Below, piece after piece: positions 56,768 through 64,000 of a stretch of DNA of 64,000 nucleotides (the stretch's first letter is position 1; each line of letters begins with the position of its first letter). This DNA comes from an uncultured Nitrospinota bacterium (GTDB taxonomy: Bacteria > Tectomicrobia > Entotheonellia > J063 > CAVPRW01). The position numbers and the translations under genes are program-made. The notes under the pieces were generated by a model that was given only the letters and a program-made list of their open reading frames with translations, had not been told where the DNA came from and ran no database searches. Location: assembly GCA_963707985.1 (NCBI GenBank), contig CAVPRW010000023.1:32001-96000 (forward strand), read 5' to 3'.

Positions 56768-56971
56768 ATGGCTGGTGAGCTGCACGGCCTCAGGGTCATC
56801 GATTTCGGCCAGTGGATTGCTGCTAAATGGTGCTTCGGCTGGCGCCCGCCTACCACGCCTGGCCGTCTCGTTTCGCCTCCCGGCGGCGATGCGCAAGAGG
56901 TCCTGGCCATGCTTGGCATGGCAGATAAGCTGAATACACTGGTGCAGAAGCGGGTGATTGCACTGGACTAG
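56768..56971 (+). pseudogene. Internally deleted CoA-transferase III (CaiB/BaiF) remnant
   Basis: Start LHGLRVIDFGQWIA joined almost directly to a C-terminal-like PPGGDAQEVLAMLG...VI; 67 aa. Confidence 0.6.
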
Positions 56972-57035
56972 GAGGCGTGTGGCGGCGTTGCTTCTCAGCG
57001 ATTGTGAATAGCATGCGTCTGGAGGAAAAAAAGCC

Positions 57036-57818
57036 ATGAAATGGTGTCGCTTCCAAGCAGGGCAACAGGTGAGTCATGGTCTCGTCGAAGACGACAAGGT
57101 CATCGAGGTCTCGGGGAGTCCTTTCGCTGAGCATACAGTTACCCGTACGAGTTATCCGCTGAGCCAGGTGAAGCTCTTGCCGCCCCTCATCCCTCCGATG
57201 CTCTATGCCGCGGGACCCAACTACCGCGGCCACGTGGAAGGCATGGCACGCCGGCGTGGCGCCACGCCCCACTATCCGGAGCGGCCCGAGCCGAATTTTC
57301 GCTCAGTGCATGCACTCATCGGCACGGAGGACAACATCGTCGTGCCCAAGGAGTCTTCTGGGGCAGTCCAGCCCGAGGGACAGCTGGCGGTCGTGATCGG
57401 CAAGAAAGCGCGGAACGTCTCCAAGGATAGCGCTTTGGATTACATCTTTGGCTATAGCATCGGCAACGATATCAGTCAACGCCCGTGGCAGCAGGCCGAT
57501 CGGACCATGTTTCGCGGCAAAAATTGTGACACTTTCAAACCGTTCGGGCCCTGGATTGTCACCGGGCTGAATCCTACCCAGTTCCACATCACCGTCCGGC
57601 ATAACGGCACGGTATGGGAGGATTTCTCGGCGGCCGACCAGATCTGGGACACGGCGACCTGGATTCAGGAACTCAGCCGCTACACTACCCTCCACCCCGG
57701 TGACGTGCTCTGGATGGGTACCCAGGGAGCCGACGGGGACATGGTACCGGGCGACGTCATCGAGGTTGAGATCAGCGGCATCGGCATTCTCAGAAATTAC
57801 GTGATCGCCGAGGGATAG
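57036..57818 (+). CDS. Fumarylacetoacetate hydrolase-family protein
   Basis: GPNYRGH, PEGQLAVVIG, NDISQR, GKNCDTFKPFGP, LHPGDVLWMGT. Confidence 0.92.
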   Translation: MKWCRFQAGQQVSHGLVEDDKVIEVSGSPFAEHTVTRTSYPLSQVKLLPPLIPPMLYAAGPNYRGHVEGMARRRGATPHYPERPEPNFRSVHALIGTEDNIVVPKESSGAVQPEGQLAVVIGKKARNVSKDSALDYIFGYSIGNDISQRPWQQADRTMFRGKNCDTFKPFGPWIVTGLNPTQFHITVRHNGTVWEDFSAADQIWDTATWIQELSRYTTLHPGDVLWMGTQGADGDMVPGDVIEVEISGIGILRNYVIAEG

Positions 57819-58021
57819 AGGTGCTCACACGCATCTCTCTCTGCTCCTGCGAGGCCATTAGAGCGTCGTGAAGGTTTCCGGGATTGTGTGGGACATGGTT
57901 TCTTGATATGCTGTCGCGCACTGCTGGGGAAGACCGACACCCCACCATGGCGCATCATCACTGGTAACCTGCGGCCGTGCACGCTGCGTGAGCCGCGACA
58001 TCCCGCAACGGAGGTGCCATT

Positions 58022-59042
58022 ATGCCGTACGGAGGCAATGACTGGCTAGCCCTCACCCAGGAACCGACGTGGAGCCGGAGATGCCCATCTGCGATCCCCA
58101 TCATCACTTCTGGGACCTGCGACCTGAGCGCATCCCCTACCAGCGCTATCTGCTGCACGAGCTGGTCGCCGACGTGCAGTGCGGCCACAACGTCCGTTCA
58201 ACCGTGTTTATCGAGACCCGAACCATGTACCGGCCAGATGGACCCGTGGAGCTGCGTCCCGTCGGGGAGGTCGAGTTTGTTCAGGGGCTGGCCGCCGCCA
58301 GCGCCAGCGGCCTGTATGGCCCCTGCCGGGCGGCCGCCGCCATCGTCGGCCACGCCAACCTGAACCTGGGGGACCGGGTCGCAGCCGGTGTTGGAGGCGC
58401 TGCAAGCCGCCAGCCCCAACCGGTTTCGGGGGATCCGGCACACGGTGACGTGGGACCCGCATCCCGAGGTGGGCAACCGGGAACAGGAGGGGGTCCTCGC
58501 CACGGCCGCGTTCCGCGCCGGCGCTCACGTGCTGGCACGGATGGGTCTCTCCCTCGACACCGGCTTATGCTTCCCCCAATTGCCCGAGCTGGCGGCCTTC
58601 GCCAAGGCCGTCCCCGAGCTGACCATCATCCTGAACCATCTGGGTGGCTTGAACCGGGTCGGCCCATACGCCAACCGAGACGACGAGGTGCTGGCCACCT
58701 GGCGGCGCGGCATCGCCGCCGTCGCGGCATGTCCCAATGTCTACCTCAAGTTGGGCGGCATCGGCATGCCCCGCCTCGGGTTTGACTGGTATGCTCGGAC
58801 CACGCCCATCGGCTCGGAAGAGTTGGCCATGTCGATGGCGCCCTTCATGACGTACTGTCATTGAGCAGTTTGGCCCCGACCGGTGCATGTTCGAAAGCAA
58901 CTTCCCACCGGATAAGGTGTCGTTCTCCCACCACGTGCTGTTCAACGCTTTCAAACGGTTTTCCAAGGGGTACTCGGCCGCTGAGCGCGCGGCCTTGTTC
59001 CATGACACGGCGGTGCGGGCCTACCGGATCAGCGTCGCCTAA
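58022..59042 (+). CDS. Second amidohydrolase_2-family protein, split by about three apparent indels
   Basis: NDWLALTQE, DPHHHFW, NRFRGIR, ILNHLGG, CMFESNFPPD across fragments; paralog of 55481..56509. Confidence 0.88.
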
Positions 59043-59208
59043 CGGGCTAGCTAGGGGGATGATATCGCGATCATCCCCTCCCCAACCCGCTAAATGCGCT
59101 GCTAAACTCCCCATTGGAGTCAATAATATTCTGACGCGATTGGGATGTCGACAAGGATTCGAGCGAAAAACTTACGCACACCGTAGTGCTCTTGGCCCAC
59201 CGGACCTT

Positions 59209-60435
59209 TCACTCCACGTGGACCACGGCCATCCCATTCACCCCGCTACAGGCCAGCACGAGGTCTCCGTCCCGGGTGACATCCATGTTGCGCACGACGC
59301 CTCCGCCAGACGGGATTACCCAGGTTTGGAAGGTCTCAGTCTTGGGGTCAAAGCGCACCACCGTATTGGGTTTCACCCCGGCTTCGCTGTACCATAAAAC
59401 ATCCCTGACGGCAACAATCCCGTACGGTTGCGATTGGGGCCCACCAGGCGATGGCCACTCACGAGCCTGGCCGGTCGCGGGATCGAATCGCCCCAGGTAA
59501 CCACGGGCATAGTCCGAGTACCAGAGCACGTCGTCGCTGGTGATGGCAATGCGCCGCGGCCGGGTCTCTGTGTTCGGCAACACATACTCCCGAATAGCCA
59601 TCGTGTGTGGATCAATGCTCGCGATCTTGTTGGCACCGAACTCGACGAAGAAGGGGATGCCCTGGGAATTGACCACCATGCCATAGGGCCGTGACTTTGG
59701 TGTCGGCGATGGGACCAGCGTTACCTCGCCCATCTGTGGGAGAAGTCTCCCCACCATGTTTCCGCCTTGTACGGTGAACCAGAGGGTTCCCTGATGATCG
59801 AAGATGGGTGTGTGCGGATCGCGCGCGGCGGGATTGGGCATAGGGTATTCGGTCACATCGCCGGTCTTCGGGTTGAGCTTGCCAATATGGGCTTTAAAGT
59901 TACTCGTGTACCAGATATTGCCGTCCTTGTCGGCCACCAAGCCGTGCGGGCCGGCGTTGGGTGTTTTCAGGGGATATTCCTTGATCGTACCCGTGTGGGG
60001 ATCCAAGCGCCCGAGCACATTGGCGAATTGTCCCGTGTACCAGAGAGAGCCGTCGGGTGCCACGAGCGGATCATGCGGGCGCGAGCCGGGCGTGGGCACG
60101 GTCCACTCCTGAATGGACACCTGGACGCTCCCCGGCATCACGACCGCCGCCGGCTTCGGCTTTTCTGGGAAGTGCTGGGCCAAATACCGGCTCACCACAT
60201 CAACCTGATCCGCCGGCAGCGTCGCCCCGACGTTGATCATCATCTGGAGATTGTTGCCCCAGCCTTGTTCACTGTAACCAGCACGGGTCACCGTGCTGAG
60301 CTCGTGGCACTGTACGCACAACGTTTCGACCAGTTGCTTGCCAGGCCCTTCCGGCAAGGGGGTTTGACTCCGCGCAGGAAGGACCGAGCAGAGGAGAGCG
60401 GCCACCATGACGTGCAAAAGCCGTGTGTTGACCAT
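59209..60435 (-). CDS. Exported cytochrome c / Vgb (virginiamycin B lyase-like) beta-propeller fusion
   Basis: Signal peptide, LPEGPGKQLV..CVQCH, repeated PHD/PHG/PHT/PYG...G.LW(Y/F)T blades. Confidence 0.87.
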   Translation of the reverse strand: MVNTRLLHVMVAALLCSVLPARSQTPLPEGPGKQLVETLCVQCHELSTVTRAGYSEQGWGNNLQMMINVGATLPADQVDVVSRYLAQHFPEKPKPAAVVMPGSVQVSIQEWTVPTPGSRPHDPLVAPDGSLWYTGQFANVLGRLDPHTGTIKEYPLKTPNAGPHGLVADKDGNIWYTSNFKAHIGKLNPKTGDVTEYPMPNPAARDPHTPIFDHQGTLWFTVQGGNMVGRLLPQMGEVTLVPSPTPKSRPYGMVVNSQGIPFFVEFGANKIASIDPHTMAIREYVLPNTETRPRRIAITSDDVLWYSDYARGYLGRFDPATGQAREWPSPGGPQSQPYGIVAVRDVLWYSEAGVKPNTVVRFDPKTETFQTWVIPSGGGVVRNMDVTRDGDLVLACSGVNGMAVVHVE

Positions 60436-60661
60436 CGTACCTCCCTCCAGAATATTCCCAGCGTCGGCTCCATACGGGAGGAGACGCGGAGCAAGCAGTA
60501 TTTTGTCGTCGCTGACGCTCACCCATGGAATGTTTCATCGCCGTATACACACGGTGGGGCGCGACCGCTAGCCTTTTTCTTCAGGCCGCAGGTCCCGCCC
60601 CAGATTGCGTGGGCTTCAGTACGTGGCGTGCTCGCTGGTGCACTCGTTATTGCGGTGCAGC

Positions 60662-61096
60662 CTACTTGCCCGCCAGCAGCTCGCGGACACCGCGCAGTGC
60701 CAGATAGTAGCCGAAGATGCCAAAACCTGTCACCGTGCCACGACATACGCGGGCAACCTCAGAGACCCCGCCCCGCCTGGCCGGATTGGAGATGTGGACT
60801 TCAATCGTGGGGAATTTTACCTGGCCCAGAGCCGTGACGAGGGAAGGATGTCCCGTTGAGTAGCCTGCCGGGTTGATCAAGGCAGCGTCGACACCACCGT
60901 CATGCGCCTCATAGATTTTGTTGATGACCTCTCCCTCGATATTCGAATGGAAAATCTCGACTTCGAGGCCCAACTCGGACGCATATTTCTGGATTTGCTC
61001 ATCGTATTCGGGCAGCGTCATGGGCCCGAAGATATCTTGTTGGATTTTACCCCGCATGTTCATGCCGATCCCATGGATGACCAGTACTTTTGGCAT
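60662..61096 (-). CDS. aroQ: Type II 3-dehydroquinate dehydratase-like protein with a divergent lid loop
   Basis: FHSNIEGE, INPAGYS, IEVHISN, GFG..GY; start MPKVLVIHG at 61096. Confidence 0.8.
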   Translation of the reverse strand: MPKVLVIHGIGMNMRGKIQQDIFGPMTLPEYDEQIQKYASELGLEVEIFHSNIEGEVINKIYEAHDGGVDAALINPAGYSTGHPSLVTALGQVKFPTIEVHISNPARRGGVSEVARVCRGTVTGFGIFGYYLALRGVRELLAGK

Positions 61097-61463
61097 GTCG
61101 TGTTCTCCAGTGCAAACCAGGGTGCTGTTCTGGGTTTGGCGAGACGGCCTCGCCGGCGGCGGACGGCAGTCCGTGTACCTCTCCAGACGTCGCCCGCCCT
61201 CGATAGCGCCTACCGGCGCCAAGTGCCTATTGTTAGTCTGATCCGCTTGCTCTTGTCAACAGAACTTGCGATGGAAAGTACCTGTCAATGTTGTGGGAGA
61301 AGAAGGAATCACCCGTGACGACCGGGCAAAGTTCTTTTCATTCGTAGGCTCGTTCGGGTATGCTGGCTCGACATCGGGGAGGCAGGAGAAAGCGTGTTGT
61401 CCTGCGGAAGCGCCATGCCACACCAGGTCGGAGATGAGTGGCTACTAACAGAAGGAGTCAGCC

Positions 61464-61628
61464 ATGCGTCACAACTTGATCTTAACCGGAGATATCAACC
61501 TGCTTGGCGTGACCGACCCCACTATTCCATTTGCACGCGTGAGGGATAGGCTGCACGCGGCCGACGTGGTCTTTTCCAACCTGGAATGTTGCTTCTACGA
61601 GCCAGAAGGTGAACGCTCTCAGCCATAG
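61464..61628 (+). pseudogene. 5' fragment of a CapA/PGA_cap-family gene
   Basis: AAGGAG RBS; LTGDINL...ADVVFSNLEC, then stop after 54 aa. Confidence 0.7.
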
Positions 61629-61730
61629 CGGCGTTCAAGGCCACGCGATGCGCTACCACATAGACCGCATCACGTGACCTGCACACCAGCTCTGGTAGGT
61701 CGCATACCTGAAGGCGACCGCCTGACTCGA

Positions 61731-62066
61731 CTACTCCTCACCGGGGGCGATCTGCATGGTGATGGTGAGACCATCCAGATACCTCGTCGTATGACCTTTC
61801 CCGGTGGTATCTTCGATCAGACGCACATCACCGGGGCCAAAGGTGTGCGAGGTCCCATCGGAGAGCCCGATCGTCGTCCGCCCCGCGAGTCCGACCTGCC
61901 AGCGCCGAAACGGAGCTGGATGAAAGTCCATGAAATACCCCGGTTCTCGTTGCTGCACGCTATAACTCATCGTGCCGGTGACTTTGATATCTCGAAGCTC
62001 CTCGGCCTTGATTTCCTCGATGTGGCTCTCGCCATCGCTGCCGGTATATAGTCTATAGACGCCCAT
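61731..62066 (-). CDS. Small cupin-like protein
   Basis: LYTGSDGESH, FHPAP.R, GPGDV..IEDTTGKGH. Confidence 0.8.
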   Translation of the reverse strand: MGVYRLYTGSDGESHIEEIKAEELRDIKVTGTMSYSVQQREPGYFMDFHPAPFRRWQVGLAGRTTIGLSDGTSHTFGPGDVRLIEDTTGKGHTTRYLDGLTITMQIAPGEE

Positions 62067-62409
62067 GTGCGCTCCTCCCTTCCCACACGTTTAGTCGTCG
62101 GCCATGGAGATAGGTCATGCTCTCCCCCCATTCGGTGGTATGATTATACTGCAATAATACCGAGTAGATCCGAATTGCCTGATCACCCTGGTGAAGATGC
62201 CATGGTTAGGGACCGGCCTTGGCATAAGTGCTCCTAGACCACGCTTGAGCTTATGATCGGATCACACGCTTGCCTACGAGCGATCGCTAGGCGCAGTTAT
62301 GGCCCCAATATAGCGAAGCTGTCATTTGGGGCAACAGTCGTTGCGAGAGGGGGGGCATGGTCCTGCAGCACTCCTGGACAACACATCCGTGAGTTTTTGA
62401 CCCGAATCC

Positions 62410-62634
62410 TTGCCGGTATCCCTCACGATCAGCACGGCCTTGGTCGAACGGGTGAACCTGACCTTGCGGCAGCCGTTGCCGCTACGTGAGCGCACACACC
62501 ACGGGGCGATTCGTCCCCGATGGCGGGAGCGAACGCCGGCGATGGCGGCAGGCTTGACGGATCACGTCTGGACCTTTCGCGAGCTTCTCACGGCCAAATT
62601 CGAGCCGTTGGATTCTCAAAGTATTAGCGGATGA
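62410..62634 (+). mobile_element. 3' remnant of an IS1-like transposase
   Basis: STALVERVNLTLRQ and RTPAMAAGLTDHVWTFRELL. Confidence 0.7.
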
Positions 62635-62658
62635 GCACCAGAAAATGGAGAGAGTGTT

Positions 62659-63183
62659 TTAATCCTCTATGGCGCTCGCATGCCTCCTGCGGTCAGGAGA
62701 CTGCTGTTGCTCAGCCAGAGCATTCCGATAGGCGGCATAGGCACCGTAAAATGATACACAGAACGGCACACAGGGCGTCAGGAGGAGCTTCACCACGATT
62801 TGGGGAGTGATAGCCCCCGCCAGCAGCACATCACCATGATTCAGGAGAATAATGACGCCCCCCACACCTAATGCAATGCCAAGGCTTCGTCTCACCACTG
62901 CCCACCCTGGACGGAGGTCTTCGGCTTGGACGACGAGGCGACTGTTGAGGAACGCTCCCAGCATCGTCACACAAAACGGGATCAACGGGGTCAGGAGGGA
63001 TTTCACCAGCACCCGCTTTGTGGCGTATCCAGACAAGAGGACATCTCCTTGATTCAGCAAGACGAGTACCGTGCCTACGATCCCGGAAGCGAGCAGGGCT
63101 TTCTGCAGCATTTGAGGCTTAGAAATGAGCCGTAAGCGTACCAGCATGTCGTGCCATCGGTATAAGTGAGCCTCGGATTGCAT
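62659..63183 (-). CDS. Membrane protein with two tandem NrtS-like repeats
   Basis: VGTVLVLLNQGDVLL...KSLLTPLIPFCV and VGGVIILLNHGDVLL...KLLLTPCVPFCV. Confidence 0.72.
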   Translation of the reverse strand: MQSEAHLYRWHDMLVRLRLISKPQMLQKALLASGIVGTVLVLLNQGDVLLSGYATKRVLVKSLLTPLIPFCVTMLGAFLNSRLVVQAEDLRPGWAVVRRSLGIALGVGGVIILLNHGDVLLAGAITPQIVVKLLLTPCVPFCVSFYGAYAAYRNALAEQQQSPDRRRHASAIED

Positions 63184-63367
63184 GGGTGCCCCTCTCGTGT
63201 ACAGAGGAAGTGCTCAGATACGTATCGCTGTCGTATTGTTCGAGCCGTTCGTAATGCACAATTTTACCAGCTATTGCTTATGTTTTGATCGACTAGACAA
63301 AAGGGGTTCAACTGTCCCATGTTTTTGGCCGTGCACCAACCCCCTGCCCCGCCGTTAGTCAACGTGA

Positions 63368-63396
63368 TTGACATAGCGTATCAATTTTGATACACT
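63368..63396 (+). promoter_or_regulatory. Sigma70 promoter with an overlapping palindromic operator for the TA pair
   Basis: TTGACA(63368)-17 bp-TACACT(63391); inverted repeat GTATCAA-TT-TTGATAC at 63378-63393. Confidence 0.85.
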
Positions 63397-63402
63397 GCCA
63401 AT

Positions 63403-63753
63403 AAGGACGAGGGACAGAAGCGTCTGCCTATCAGGTTTTACCAGTCAGCAAACGGACGGGAGCCGGTGCGAGAATGGCTGAAAAGCCTCAGCGCAGCAGA
63501 CCGGAAAATCCTTGGCACCGATATACGCGCCCTGGAGTTTGGCTGGCCGGTAGGGATGCCGCTGTGCCGGGCCTTGGGTAACGGTCTGTGGGAAGTGCGT
63601 AGCAGTCTACCGCATGGCCGCATTGCACGAGTGATTTTTTGTGTCCATGCGCAGCAAGCCGTCTTGTTGCATGGCTTTCTGAAAAGGACCCAGAAGACCC
63701 CAAAACCCGATATAGACTTGGCCATGCGACGGAAAAGGGAGGTGGAGCGATGA
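63403..63753 (+). CDS. RelE/HigB-like (Gp49/DUF891) toxin; start codon uncertain
   Basis: RFYQSANGREPVREWL, GWPVGMPLCR, GLWEVRS, LLHGFLKRTQKTP; homology extends upstream of GTG 63466. Confidence 0.88.
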   Translation, partial: KDEGQKRLPIRFYQSANGREPVREWLKSLSAADRKILGTDIRALEFGWPVGMPLCRALGNGLWEVRSSLPHGRIARVIFCVHAQQAVLLHGFLKRTQKTPKPDIDLAMRRKREVER

Positions 63754-64000
63754 TGAACAAAAATCCTCACATTGGGTCGTCCTTCGAGGACTTTTTAGCC
63801 GAAGAAGGCGTGCTGGAGGAATGCACCAACGCGGCGATCAAGCGCGTGATTGCGTGGCAGGTAGAGCAGGCCATGCAGGAACGTGGCTTGACCAAGGCGG
63901 CGATGGCGCACCAGATGCACACCAGCCGTGCCGCGCTTGATCGGCTGTTAGACCCTGAAAATACCTCTGTCACCCTGCATACGCTGCAACGCGCCGCTGC
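63750..64000 (+). CDS. XRE/HigA-like antitoxin, runs off the window end
   Basis: NPHIGSSFEDFL, KRVIAWQ, MHTSRAALDRLLDP; ATGA overlap with the toxin. Confidence 0.9.
   Translation, partial: MMNKNPHIGSSFEDFLAEEGVLEECTNAAIKRVIAWQVEQAMQERGLTKAAMAHQMHTSRAALDRLLDPENTSVTLHTLQRAA

Noticed and set aside
59767..60837. 356-aa plus-strand ORF
   Set aside because: Antisense shadow of the cytochrome c/Vgb gene.

Overview
GC-rich bacterial window with no rRNA, tRNA or CRISPR array that I can see. Many genes are split by 1-nt indels, probably long-read errors. It has five blocks. (1) 0.2-6.3 kb: kdp K+-ATPase operon (small peptide, kdpF, kdpA, kdpB, kdpC with an unusual N-terminal 2-TM extension) followed by an SPFH protein; kdpDE is absent. 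(2) 7.5-11 kb: small accessory genes and a J-domain/tandem-USP fusion. (3) 11-26.7 kb: type 2 BREX/Pgl defence island (pglW-pglX-pglY-pglZ, no brxD/brxHI) containing three toxin-antitoxin modules, each with a damaged toxin; pglX is broken by an exact 8-bp tandem duplication. (4) 26.8-52.1 kb: ion and carbohydrate homeostasis cluster with an N-type ATPase operon (atpDCQRBEFAG), glycogen phosphorylase, a STAS protein, a KdpD-like-membrane/PAS/PAS/SpoIIE/RsbW fusion, a CNNM-CBS protein, half an amt gene, two divergent PII-like genes, an unknown GT-A-fold protein, a GT4, an amylo-alpha-1,6-glucosidase and a CPA1 antiporter with a cNMP-binding domain. (5) 52.3-64 kb: decayed IS elements, catabolic enzymes and a HigBA-like TA pair. 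Main discovery: four promoters (208, 39064, 42069, 43142) share an exactly spaced KdpE-like architecture, hexamer-N5-hexamer-N15-hexamer-N5-hexamer-N10-TAnnnT. In addition, the KdpC extension has a stand-alone paralog directly behind one of these promoters. Together these suggest an undescribed Kdp-linked regulon tying K+ uptake to PII-like proteins and sugar enzymes.
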